NCBI GenBank assembly: GCA_035402805.1
Contig: DAONDY010000002.1
Span: forward strand, 49,801 to 113,800
Direction of reading: 5' to 3'
DNA length: 64,000 bases
DNA from: Candidatus Woesebacteria bacterium
Lineage (GTDB): Bacteria; Patescibacteriota; Microgenomatia; UBA12405
The notes beneath the pieces are model-generated. The model made no database searches. It was not told the DNA's origin and worked only from the letters and a program-made list of their open reading frames with translations. Of this stretch, positions 1 through 8,290 are shown piece by piece; positions within the stretch are counted from its first letter, which is position 1, and the number at the start of each line of letters is the position of its first letter. A program made the translations under genes and the position numbers.

Positions 1-551
1 GTGAGATTTTTAGTGACAATGGCTTTTTCATTGTAAGTGTATTCTTTTTTGGTGTTCGGATTCAAACCACCGGCAGTCATATTATCAAACTCTTCTTGAG
101 CATCAAGAATATCTTGACGGTCTTGCCACATTTGGATGTCAGCGGCAGTTTGATCGGCAATAGCTGATTTATAACCTTGTTGTAAATTTAAATAATTTGC
201 CCAAGCAGTGGTTTTATTGGTTTCACCATCATCATCTAAACTAATCTCGGCTATTTTTTGGCCTTTTTTAACAGAGTCCCCGTTTTTTACATAAACAGTT
301 TTGATAGTACCAGCGGCACCGGTAGTAATCGTGGTTTTATTTGATGAAGTAATAGTTCCGGTGGCAGAAATTGAGGTAATAAGGATACCTTTAGTAACTT
401 CAGTAGTTTTGTAGGTTACTTTTTTATTTGATGATTTTATTTTTAAAAAGGTGAAAAGAAAAATTACACCAATTAAAATGATTAAAATCATTATCTTCCA
501 TATTTTAGGCAGTGATAAAAATTTAGCTTTTATTTTTTTAATTAACTTCAT
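1..551 (-). CDS. Efflux/secretion periplasmic adaptor (HlyD/MFP family), N-terminal part; the gene runs past the window start
   Basis: Reverse-strand ATG at 549-551. The translation MKLIKKIKAKF... has an N-terminal TM anchor followed by a biotin-lipoyl-like beta region (GTIKTVYVKNGDSVKKGQKIAEI) typical of membrane fusion proteins. Truncated by the window edge. Confidence 0.55.
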   Translation of the reverse strand, partial: MKLIKKIKAKFLSLPKIWKIMILIILIGVIFLFTFLKIKSSNKKVTYKTTEVTKGILITSISATGTITSSNKTTITTGAAGTIKTVYVKNGDSVKKGQKIAEISLDDDGETNKTTAWANYLNLQQGYKSAIADQTAADIQMWQDRQDILDAQEEFDNMTAGGLNPNTKKEYTYNEKAIVTKNL

Positions 552-592
552 AGTGGCTGATTTTAAAAATCAAAACTGAAAGAAAACTGAAT

Positions 593-1597
593 TTACAAAG
601 GAAGAATTATTTTAAAAACACTCCCCTGTTCAAGAACACTTTGAACACTGATTAAACCACGATGCTGTTCAACAATTCTTTGAGCAATAGAAAGACCAAG
701 ACCGTAACCTGATGTTTTATCTTTAGTACGAGCGTTATCGGCTCGATAAAAGCGGTCAAAAATACGGGGTAAATCTTTTTGAGAAATACCAATTCCATGA
801 TCAGTAATCTTAAAAATTACGTTTTTTCTAGTCTTAAAGGCAATAAATTTTATTTGGCTATTTTTAGGGCTGTATTTAAGAGCGTTGTCGAGAATAATTA
901 AAAATAATTCCTCTATTTTTTGACTATCAACATTAATGTGGCCACTAACTGTTTTGGTTTTGATAATAATTTTTTTATCGATAGCGGCGGTTGATATTTT
1001 TTTAATAGATTCGGTCATTAAGTTTTTGATGGAAACTGATTCGATTTTTAAAGGAGAGCCACTATTACTTAAGTGATTTAATTCTAAAAGAGAGTCGGAT
1101 AAAGTCTTAAGCTGATTAGTGGCGTGAATAGAATCAGTTAAAACTTTTTTGGATTCAGTTAAATCTAATTTTGGATCACGGAGAGAAACTTCCAACATAG
1201 TTTTTAAGGCGGTAATGGGAGTCTTTAACTCATGCGAAGCATCGCTGATAAACTGTTTTTGATCTTCGGTCATCTTTTGAATAGGAAAGAGAGTGCGGCC
1301 AGCCAAAAAATAGGATAACAACCCAGAAGTTAAAATAATAAAACCATTAATGATTAATAGATTAGTTAAAAGACGTTGTTTACTTTCGATGATTAGATCG
1401 TCATCTATAATGATCTTCGGCGGACGAGGATTATCGTTGATAATAAATTGTTTTTCAAAACGATTTCGCTGAGAATCGGCAAAGCGATTAATTTCTGAAC
1501 TAACCAACTGATAAATTAGGGCACTAAAAGAAAGACTAATAACCATGATTATTAACAGATACCAGGCAGTTAATTTTAATCTAGCTTGTTTAAACAT
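593..1597 (-). CDS. Two-component sensor histidine kinase
   Basis: N-terminal TM segments; HisKA H-box [12 protein letters not shown]; HATPase_c motifs ([19 protein letters not shown]). Confidence 0.85.
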   Translation of the reverse strand: MFKQARLKLTAWYLLIIMVISLSFSALIYQLVSSEINRFADSQRNRFEKQFIINDNPRPPKIIIDDDLIIESKQRLLTNLLIINGFIILTSGLLSYFLAGRTLFPIQKMTEDQKQFISDASHELKTPITALKTMLEVSLRDPKLDLTESKKVLTDSIHATNQLKTLSDSLLELNHLSNSGSPLKIESVSIKNLMTESIKKISTAAIDKKIIIKTKTVSGHINVDSQKIEELFLIILDNALKYSPKNSQIKFIAFKTRKNVIFKITDHGIGISQKDLPRIFDRFYRADNARTKDKTSGYGLGLSIAQRIVEQHRGLISVQSVLEQGSVFKIILPL

Positions 1598-1634
1598 AAT
1601 TTAGTTAAAAGTTTATAAAGTTGAAAGTTAAAAT

Positions 1635-2303
1635 TTAATCAGAAATTTTATATCCGAAACCACGAATGGTTTTGATTAATTTAACTTTATAATTTTTATC
1701 GATTTTTTGACGAAGATTTCTAATATAAACTTCAACAGTGTTTGGCAAAATATCTGATTCATAACTCCAAACATGTTGAATAAGTTGATCTTTGTTGAGA
1801 ATTTTATCGGAATGACGCATCAAACATTCTAAAAGAGAATATTCCTTGCTAGATAAAAGAATTTTTTTATTTTGACGAATGACTTCGTAATTGGATAAAT
1901 TTAAAGAGAGATCGCCAACTGTTAAAATTTCACCATCAGTTTTTTGAGGACGACGGGAAAGAGCCCTAATTCTGGCTAAAAGTTCTTCAAAAGCGAAAGG
2001 TTTGGTTAAATAATCATCAGCACCAGAGTTAAAACCTTCGACTTTATCATCAAGTTGAGACTTGGCGGTGAGCATTAAAATGGGAATATGAATTTTTTCT
2101 TGACGGAGATTTTTACAGATTTCTAAGCCATTCATTTGAGGTAACATGAGATCGAGAATGATTAAATCATAATCGCCACTAGCAGCAAAATCATAACCTT
2201 CGAGACCATCAAAAGCGAGATCAACAATGTAATGTTCCTGTTCTAGACCTTTTTTTAGAGCATTGGCAATGAGATGTTCATCTTCGACAACTAAAATTTT
2301 CAT
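1635..2303 (-). CDS. OmpR-family response regulator (receiver plus winged-helix)
   Basis: MKILVVEDE receiver with conserved Asp (LDLMLP) and Lys; C-terminal trans_reg_C (RGFGYKI). Forms an operon with the kinase. Confidence 0.9.
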   Translation of the reverse strand: MKILVVEDEHLIANALKKGLEQEHYIVDLAFDGLEGYDFAASGDYDLIILDLMLPQMNGLEICKNLRQEKIHIPILMLTAKSQLDDKVEGFNSGADDYLTKPFAFEELLARIRALSRRPQKTDGEILTVGDLSLNLSNYEVIRQNKKILLSSKEYSLLECLMRHSDKILNKDQLIQHVWSYESDILPNTVEVYIRNLRQKIDKNYKVKLIKTIRGFGYKISD

Positions 2304-2350
2304 AATAAGTATTATATATCCGAAGCTGAAAATAAACTGAAATTTTTAAA

Positions 2351-2932
2351 ATGATAAAATTAATTAATATGACAAATAAAACACAAGAAAACCTTTTAAA
2401 AGCATTCGCTGGTGAAAGCCAAGCTAGAAATAAATATCGAATTTTTGCCAAAATGGCGAGAAAAGAAAATTTAGAATGGATTGCCAGAGTGTTTGAAGAA
2501 ACGGCTGATCAGGAAGCGGCTCACGCTGAAGAAGAATTTGAAATGATAAAGGAAAAAACCACTACCAGTGATAATTTAGGAATTGAACCATACAGCACAA
2601 AAACAGTGGAAAATTTAAAAATGGCGGCGGCTGGTGAACATCATGAATGGACTGAAATGTATCCTTCTTTTGAAGAACAGGCAAAAATTGACGGTGACGC
2701 GGAAGCAGAAAGATTATTCAGAGAGGTAAAAGATGTGGAGAAAAAACACGAGGAAAGATATATTATTATCGCAACTCATTTAGATAACAACACTCTTTAT
2801 AATAGAGAGACTGAATTGGAATGGAAATGTGTAAATTGCGGTTACATTCATAAAGGAAAAACTCCCCCAACAACTTGTCCGGTCTGTAAAAAACCTTTGA
2901 CTTGGTACATGCCATTGGGATTAGTGAGATGA
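2351..2932 (+). CDS. rbr: Rubrerythrin
   Basis: Ferritin-like diiron region with E..H motifs (EAAHAEEE, AGEHHE) plus a C-terminal rubredoxin-like CxxC...CxxC (CVNCGY...CPVCKK). Confidence 0.85.
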   Translation: MIKLINMTNKTQENLLKAFAGESQARNKYRIFAKMARKENLEWIARVFEETADQEAAHAEEEFEMIKEKTTTSDNLGIEPYSTKTVENLKMAAAGEHHEWTEMYPSFEEQAKIDGDAEAERLFREVKDVEKKHEERYIIIATHLDNNTLYNRETELEWKCVNCGYIHKGKTPPTTCPVCKKPLTWYMPLGLVR

Positions 2933-3354
2933 AAAAAGAGAAAATCGTTTTAGTTGGAGGTTGTTTTGATATTTTGCATTTGGGACATGTAATTTTTTTA
3001 GAAAAAGCTAAGGCCTTAGGTGATAAATTAATAATTTTATTAGAGTCTGATAAGAATATTTTTGAAAATAAGGGAAAAAATAGACCGATTAATAATCAAA
3101 AAAATAGAGCCACATTTTTGTCTAAATTAAGGATGGTGGATGAAGTTGTTAAATTACCCTACATGAAAAGTGATGATGATTATTGGAAATTAATTAAAGA
3201 AATAAAACCAGACATAATTGCGATCAGTGAAAACGATAAAAATTTGGATAAAAAGAAAAGACAGGCCGAAGAAATTGGGGCTAAATTAGTGAAAGTTACT
3301 AAAATAATTCCCCATCAATCGACAAGCCGAATTATTGAAATAATTAAGATATAA
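2929..3354 (+). CDS. Cytidylyltransferase-like nucleotidyltransferase (RibL/TagD-like HxGH family)
   Basis: GGCFDILHLGHVIFLEKAKALGD matches the (T/C)FDxLHxGH nucleotidyltransferase motif. The start was placed at the ATGA overlap with the rbr stop (MKKEKIV...); the ORF track gives 2902. Confidence 0.6.
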   Translation: MKKEKIVLVGGCFDILHLGHVIFLEKAKALGDKLIILLESDKNIFENKGKNRPINNQKNRATFLSKLRMVDEVVKLPYMKSDDDYWKLIKEIKPDIIAISENDKNLDKKKRQAEEIGAKLVKVTKIIPHQSTSRIIEIIKI

Positions 3355-3364
3355 TCGATTACTT

Positions 3365-3886
3365 ATGAAAAACGGGAGAACCGAAATTAATGATGGTTTG
3401 TATTACGATGAGAGATCGGCTGGCGGACTGGTTTATAAAAAAGAAAATAATAAGATATTATGGCTTTTAATAAAAACTATTTCTAACTTTACCAGTGAAA
3501 AAAATAAAAAAAGAGAAAATGATGGAGCGGTTTATAAATTTCCAAAGGGTCATTTAAAAAAGGATGAGTTTTTGAAAGAGGCAGCGTTAAGAGAAGTTGA
3601 AGAAGAAGGCCGGGTCAAGGCAAAAATTGTCACCAAATTGGGATCGAATGATTATTTGATTTGGGATAAAGAACAAAAAAAGAAAATTATTAAGAAAGTG
3701 ACCTTTTTTTTAATGGAATATACTGAACAAAGTAATTTAAAATATTACGATACTGAAATGGTGTTAGAGAGAGAATGGTTTGAATTTGACGAAGCAAGTG
3801 AAAAACTAGCCTATGATAGCGAAAAAGTTTTACTTAAAAAGGCAAAGATTGAATTAGATAAAATATTAAAACCCCTCTGTCGATAA
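3365..3886 (+). CDS. NUDIX hydrolase
   Basis: Nudix box FPKGHLKKDEFLKEAALREVEEEGRV. The last 5 codons and the stop lie inside repeat copy A1. Confidence 0.7.
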   Translation: MKNGRTEINDGLYYDERSAGGLVYKKENNKILWLLIKTISNFTSEKNKKRENDGAVYKFPKGHLKKDEFLKEAALREVEEEGRVKAKIVTKLGSNDYLIWDKEQKKKIIKKVTFFLMEYTEQSNLKYYDTEMVLEREWFEFDEASEKLAYDSEKVLLKKAKIELDKILKPLCR

Positions 3887-3917
3887 ATCGACAGCTCCCC
3901 TTGATGAAAGGGAGCCA
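3869..3917 (+). repeat. Family A two-hairpin dispersed repeat, copy A1
   Basis: ctctgtcgataaatcgacag (hairpin 1) followed by ctccccttgatgaaagggag (hairpin 2). Matches the family consensus. Confidence 0.8.
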
Positions 3918-3941
3918 TATTTTTGATAAAATAGCCAAACT

Positions 3942-3958
3942 GGAGGAGTTGCCTAGTG
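3942..3958 (+). repeat. Duplicated fragment of the tRNA-Ser 5' end (acceptor plus D-arm start)
   Basis: ggaggagttgcctagtg is 16/17 identical to tRNA positions 1-17 (ggaggagtcgcctagtg at 4275-4291). Confidence 0.7.
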
Positions 3959-3960
3959 TC

Positions 3961-4010
3961 CCAAAGGGACCCCTTCGGGGTTCCAAAGGGACCCCTTCGG
4001 GGGTTTATGG
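3961..4010 (+). repeat. Tandem duplicated UUCG-tetraloop hairpins (terminator-like)
   Basis: ccaaagggaccccttcgggg occurs twice in tandem. Each unit forms a cccc-UUCG-gggg stem-loop; a ttt run follows the second. Confidence 0.55.
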
Positions 4011-4025
4011 CGCATAATTAATAAT

Positions 4026-4289
4026 ATGTATTACGTTTACGTATTATTAAATTGGAATAAAAAACATTGGTATATAGGATCGACACAAAATTTTGAGTCG
4101 AGACTTAAACATCATAACGATGGTTATACCTTTTCCACTAAGCCGTATAGGCCGTGGAAAATTGTACATTTAGAAAAATTTGATTCTAGAAAAGAGGCTT
4201 TTAAACGAGAAATGTTTTTAAAGTCTCCTTCTGGATATAAAGAATACTTATCTATTAAAGATAAAATATTAAATGGAGGAGTCGCCTAG
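4026..4289 (+). CDS. GIY-YIG nuclease family protein (small, UPF0213-like)
   Basis: YVYVLL..WYIGSTQNFESRLKHHN...PW; GIY-YIG core motifs. Confidence 0.75.
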   Translation: MYYVYVLLNWNKKHWYIGSTQNFESRLKHHNDGYTFSTKPYRPWKIVHLEKFDSRKEAFKREMFLKSPSGYKEYLSIKDKILNGGVA

Positions 4290-4361
4290 TGGTTCAGGGC
4301 ACAGACCTGGAAAGTCTGCGTTGTAAAAGACTCGTGGGTCCGAATCCCACCTCCTCCGCCA
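4275..4361 (+). tRNA. tRNA-Ser (anticodon GGA) with encoded CCA
   Basis: Acceptor stem GGAGGAG/CTCCTCC; 3-bp D stem; anticodon stem CAGAC/GTCTG with loop CTGGAAA (anticodon GGA); long variable arm; T arm GTGGG-TCCGAAT-CCCAC; discriminator G then CCA. Confidence 0.85.
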
Positions 4362-4369
4362 GAATGTTT

Positions 4370-4831
4370 TTATTTATCCATCCTGCCAACGTATTCTCCT
4401 TCTCTAGGAAAACCAGCTTTGTAATCTTCCAGTAGTTTTTTTGATAAAGCATGGGGAAATAAATTGTCGGGCAAATTATTGATGTCTAACCAAGTACACC
4501 AAACATCTCCGTCTGGATGTTGTGGATCGAGCCAATGTTCTAATTCTTCAAATTTATCAATATCACCAAGAATAAATAATTCGACACTGTGTTCATTTTC
4601 TTTTTCTGGAAATAAAAAGTCACGAATGTAAAGAATTTTTTTAAATTCAAATTTAGCTCCATTACATTCTTCGACTGTTTCTCTAATGCATCCTTCTAAA
4701 ATAGTTTCACCATATTCCAAATGTCCACCAAAATAATGATAATAATCATGTTTTTGACGATATTGGACTAATACTTTTTCATTTTTAATTACTACCAACC
4801 TCAATCGAACATTTATTTTATGATTTTCCAT
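4370..4831 (-). CDS. NUDIX hydrolase (cassette 1)
   Basis: Nudix box GGHLEYGETILEGCIRETVEECNG. Confidence 0.75.
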   Translation of the reverse strand: MENHKINVRLRLVVIKNEKVLVQYRQKHDYYHYFGGHLEYGETILEGCIRETVEECNGAKFEFKKILYIRDFLFPEKENEHSVELFILGDIDKFEELEHWLDPQHPDGDVWCTWLDINNLPDNLFPHALSKKLLEDYKAGFPREGEYVGRMDK

Positions 4832-4846
4832 AGACTTATTATATAT

Positions 4847-4900
4847 GAGTTATAAGGACAGAAAGTTTCCAGACTCAACTGCTCCACACTTCGTGTAATG
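4847..4900 (+). repeat. tRNA-3'-end-like direct repeat R1
   Basis: gagttataaggacagaaagtttccagactcaactgctcc; hairpin AGTT-tccagactc-AACT. Related to R2-R5 and to the tRNA 3' end. Confidence 0.7.
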
Positions 4901-4952
4901 TTTGAGTAGTTTAACTAAAATTTAAAAAAATAGTTAATTTATTTATCTTTAC

Positions 4953-5174
4953 TTAAAAATCAAATCGTTCATAAGGACTCTCACATTTATTACGATCTAA
5001 TTCGATTAATGATTTAGCTGTTTTTGATGAAGTAACATCAATAATTGTTCCACCAACAGTTTCAATATCGTTAACCATTTTTTCTATATTAATTTCAGAT
5101 CCTATAGCATTCCATAGAAGCTGACCATCTTTAGACCTAAAGACAATAGCTTTTTCAAATTCACAATTATTCAT
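4953..5174 (-). CDS. Hypothetical small protein, 73 aa (cassette 2)
   Basis: ORF only; no recognisable motif. Confidence 0.4.
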   Translation of the reverse strand: MNNCEFEKAIVFRSKDGQLLWNAIGSEINIEKMVNDIETVGGTIIDVTSSKTAKSLIELDRNKCESPYERFDF

Positions 5175-5286
5175 ATAATTTTATTATATCAAAATACATC
5201 ACTAATTTAAGACACTCCTTTTTTATAGTGTCTCATTTGTCTTATTTAGCTACAAAAGGCTGATAGAATGAGACATAGGAGTATGG

Positions 5287-5335
5287 GTGTTATAAGGATA
5301 GAAAGGTTCCAGACCCATATGCTCCGCCAGAATTT
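5287..5335 (+). repeat. tRNA-3'-end-like direct repeat R2
   Basis: gtgttataaggatagaaaggttccagacccatatgctccgccagaat. The ctccgccagaat end matches the tRNA 3' end plus its flank. Confidence 0.75.
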
Positions 5336-5364
5336 GAATATTCCCTGTTTTTCCTTATAACTTA

Positions 5365-5433
5365 GGAGGTGAGATTCGAATTATTTTCATAATTTTATAC
5401 GTATTAAGTTCTAAAAAGTTCTAATCTCACTCC
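5365..5433 (+). repeat. Long-range inverted repeat resembling a tRNA T-arm (ggaggtgagattcgaat ... aatctcactcc)
   Basis: 5365-5376 pairs with 5423-5433 (one mismatch). The first arm carries a TTCGAAT T-loop-like motif. Confidence 0.4.
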
Positions 5434-5474
5434 CTAACAGTGATGAGACTATATCGGAATGATAGAATTTAGCT

Positions 5475-6092
5475 ATGAAAATAATTCTTTTCCGTCATGG
5501 AGAAAAACAAAAAGTTGATTCTATAAACATAGATGATAAAAGAGCAGTAAATTTAACAGATTTTGGAATTATTCAAATAAATAAATTGGGAAAAATATTA
5601 TTAGAAAGATTTCCTATGTTAAATTTATCAAAGGTAATTTATTCAAGCCCTTATACCCGAGCAATTCAAAGTAGTGAGATTATTAAATCAATTTTAAATA
5701 TTAAAAATATTGTTATGGTTCCAGAATTTGGTGAATTTTATGCTTCTAATAATTACCAAAAACCCAAGGAGATTAGACAACAAATTCAAGAGATGGCAAT
5801 GCAAAATCCTGGTTGGATTTCACCAGAAACAAATTCTTCTTTAAATGATGAAATCTTAAAATTTAAAAATAAAATAAAAGAAATTTGTCTAAAAAATCAA
5901 GATGATTTGATTTTGATTTCAACTCATGGAGGAATTATTAGAAATACAGTTTATAGTCTTGAACCAAGATTAAGACCAGACAATAATGTAATTTTAGATT
6001 CAAAAATACATGAAGCTGGTTACACCGTCTTAGATTTTGATGGAAAAGATTTTAAAGTTAAAAAGTTTGATGTACATGATTATTTGGATTAG
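5475..6092 (+). CDS. Histidine phosphatase family protein (phosphoglycerate-mutase-like), cassette 3
   Basis: N-terminal LFRHGEK (RHG catalytic motif); a second His in STHGG. Confidence 0.7.
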   Translation: MKIILFRHGEKQKVDSINIDDKRAVNLTDFGIIQINKLGKILLERFPMLNLSKVIYSSPYTRAIQSSEIIKSILNIKNIVMVPEFGEFYASNNYQKPKEIRQQIQEMAMQNPGWISPETNSSLNDEILKFKNKIKEICLKNQDDLILISTHGGIIRNTVYSLEPRLRPDNNVILDSKIHEAGYTVLDFDGKDFKVKKFDVHDYLD

Positions 6093-6140
6093 GGTTATAG
6101 GGATAGAAAGGTTCTAGACTCACCTACTCCGCCAGAATGT
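6093..6140 (+). repeat. tRNA-3'-end-like direct repeat R3
   Basis: ggttatagggatagaaaggttctagactcacctactccgccagaatgt; hairpin AGGT-tctagactc-ACCT. The last 20 nt nearly match the tRNA 3' end plus downstream agaatgtt. Confidence 0.8.
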
Positions 6141-6149
6141 TATTCTAAT

Positions 6150-6809
6150 CTATTGTTCCAATTTATTTATGGTTCTTTGAATGTTATCTCTAGCTGCCTG
6201 CTCATATCTATTTTTAAAAAAATCAGTGGTGTAAATTGGGTGTTTTAAAATTGTTTTGAAAAATTTAGTTCTACCTTTTTGATAATCGGCTTTTGAATAA
6301 AGAGTTGAATATTCTTTGTAGATTTGTTTTTCATATATATCAAAAATATCTGGTTGTTTTCCTAATATGGACATATCAATGTCAGCTAAATATTGTGAGT
6401 CTGAATTATTAATTAGTGAAGTATGTTTAGTGAACAAAATATGATCTTCTACTTGTTTGGTAAAATCGGGAGATAAATTATTTTTTTGACAAAAAGTTTT
6501 AGCCAATTCCGCGCTTTGTTCTTCATTATCACTCTCATAAAGATTATAAACAATATCGTGATACCAGATAGCTAATTCAACTGCTTCTGGATTGTTAAGT
6601 TTATCCTTAATAAGCTCAAATTCTCCAAGAGAATTGTCTATATGTTTTAAATTATGGTAATGTCGATGGCTTTCTGAATAGTTTTTAACTATTTCATTAA
6701 AAGAATTTTGATCTTTATTAATATTTAATCTTTGACACAAATCATTCCAATGTTTATTTAATTTTTCGACTAATGGTTCTGGCTCTAAATTTTGACCAAT
6801 CTCCTTCAT
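6150..6809 (-). CDS. HD-domain phosphohydrolase (cassette 4)
   Basis: H...HD metal-binding pattern (HRHYHNLKH, IWYHDIVY). Confidence 0.6.
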   Translation of the reverse strand: MKEIGQNLEPEPLVEKLNKHWNDLCQRLNINKDQNSFNEIVKNYSESHRHYHNLKHIDNSLGEFELIKDKLNNPEAVELAIWYHDIVYNLYESDNEEQSAELAKTFCQKNNLSPDFTKQVEDHILFTKHTSLINNSDSQYLADIDMSILGKQPDIFDIYEKQIYKEYSTLYSKADYQKGRTKFFKTILKHPIYTTDFFKNRYEQAARDNIQRTINKLEQ

Positions 6810-6831
6810 TAATGCTTAATTTTATCATTTT

Positions 6832-6875
6832 GAGTTATAGAGACATTAAGTTCCAGACTCACCTGTTTCGCACTT
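6832..6875 (+). repeat. tRNA-3'-end-like direct repeat R4
   Basis: gagttatagagacattaagttccagactcacctgtttcgcacttg. Confidence 0.7.
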
Positions 6876-6922
6876 GATAAAATGTGTCCGAGTAATTTTT
6901 AATTTTATTGATAAAATAGACG

Positions 6923-7831
6923 ATGATGAGAGAGATCATCAGGAATCACGGGCAACAATCAAGTTTAATTCCTTCGATTCGAAATGAGTATTCAACCCTA
7001 ACTAAGGTTTTAGTAGTAAGTCCACCAGAAAAATTTACCAGGTTTAATAATCAAATCATTAACCCTATTAGTGATATAAATTCAAAAGGTAAACCTGAAA
7101 TCACGGAACACCCTGAACAAAAAGAAGAATTTGATGGATTATTAAATGCTCTTCAACAACAAGGCATCGAACTACATTTTTCCAATGTTAGACCAAGTAG
7201 ACCAGGCCATACTCCACTTTTTACCCGTGATATCGGGATTATTATTAGTAATCAAGTTTTACCTTCAAGAATGGCTAATACCTACCGAGAAAATGAAGTA
7301 GAAGGTGTTTTCCAAAATATTTCGTTACCTCAAATAATTAGAGACAATCGAGATTATAAAATTGAAGGCGGTGATTTTGCTTTATTAGAGCCAAATTTGG
7401 CTTTAGTCGGGATTGGACCTCGAACTAATGAATTAGGATTAAGAGTTTTACAAGAATATTTCCCAAAAATAGAATTTATTCCGGTTTATCCGGTTTTGAA
7501 TGAAAAAGCTTTTCATATTGATACCGTTATGGGAATTGTTGGAAATAAAATATTGCTGGGAATTTCTGACTTGATTCAGAAAAATGTTTCTGACTTACTT
7601 AAAAGTAGAGGCTATCAGATAATTGAGGCTGATAAAGATGAATATTTTACTTGTGCCACTAATGTTTTAGCGATTGATGATCGAAAAGTTATAGCGGCGG
7701 CAGAGAATCCAAAAACCAATGAAAAATTAAGAAAGGTTGGGGTGGAGGTAATAGAAGTTAAATTATCTGGAATTTTGAAAAGAGGTGGTGGCCCTCATTG
7801 TCTTACATTACCATTAGAGAGGGCGTCGTAA
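6923..7831 (+). CDS. Amidinotransferase-superfamily enzyme (DDAH / arginine-deiminase-like), cassette 5
   Basis: C-terminal catalytic-Cys motif GGGPHCLTLPL; His-containing FHIDTVM. Confidence 0.7.
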   Translation: MMREIIRNHGQQSSLIPSIRNEYSTLTKVLVVSPPEKFTRFNNQIINPISDINSKGKPEITEHPEQKEEFDGLLNALQQQGIELHFSNVRPSRPGHTPLFTRDIGIIISNQVLPSRMANTYRENEVEGVFQNISLPQIIRDNRDYKIEGGDFALLEPNLALVGIGPRTNELGLRVLQEYFPKIEFIPVYPVLNEKAFHIDTVMGIVGNKILLGISDLIQKNVSDLLKSRGYQIIEADKDEYFTCATNVLAIDDRKVIAAAENPKTNEKLRKVGVEVIEVKLSGILKRGGGPHCLTLPLERAS

Positions 7832-7835
7832 GAAT

Positions 7836-7856
7836 ATTCAGACTCACCTACCCTGT
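7836..7856 (+). repeat. Degenerate tRNA-3'-end-like repeat R5
   Basis: attcagactcacctaccc keeps the loop (cagactc) and the cacct stem half of R1-R4. Sits immediately after the cassette-5 stop. Confidence 0.5.
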
Positions 7857-7858
7857 AA

Positions 7859-8275
7859 ATGGTAAACTCGTTTATGGATATGACTGAAAATTTAATAGCA
7901 CCATGTGGAATGAATTGTAGTCTTTGTTTGGGATATCAAAGAGAAAAAAATAAATGCCCGGGATGCAGAAAAGTAGATGCTTATGAATCTAGTTGCGGCA
8001 GAAAATGTATTATAAGAAGTTGCCAAATTTTGAAAGAGAAAAAGATGACATTTTGCTCTGATAAATGTGAAAAATATCTATGTAAAAGACTTAAGGATTT
8101 AGATAAGAGATATAGAACAAAGTATAGAATGAGTATGGTTGAAAATTTGGAAGAAATTAAAAAATTGGGAATAAAAAAATTTTTAGAGAATCAAAAAAAG
8201 AAATGGACTTGTAAGAAATGCGGCGGTTTACTTTGTGTTCATAGAGATTTTTGTTTGAGCTGTAATAGTAAATAA
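7859..8275 (+). CDS. Cysteine-rich putative metal-binding protein
   Basis: At least 16 Cys in CxxC/CxxxC arrays (CGMNCSLCLG, CPGCRK, CKKCGG, CLSCNS). Confidence 0.5.
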   Translation: MVNSFMDMTENLIAPCGMNCSLCLGYQREKNKCPGCRKVDAYESSCGRKCIIRSCQILKEKKMTFCSDKCEKYLCKRLKDLDKRYRTKYRMSMVENLEEIKKLGIKKFLENQKKKWTCKKCGGLLCVHRDFCLSCNSK

Positions 8276-8290
8276 TATTTATATTTTGAA

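Noticed and set aside
4847-7856. R1-R5 as classical integron attC sites
   Set aside because: There is no intI gene or attI/Pc in the window, and the repeats derive from the tRNA 3' end, not from attC R''-L''/L'-R' cores. They are better described as tRNA-derived attachment-site remnants.
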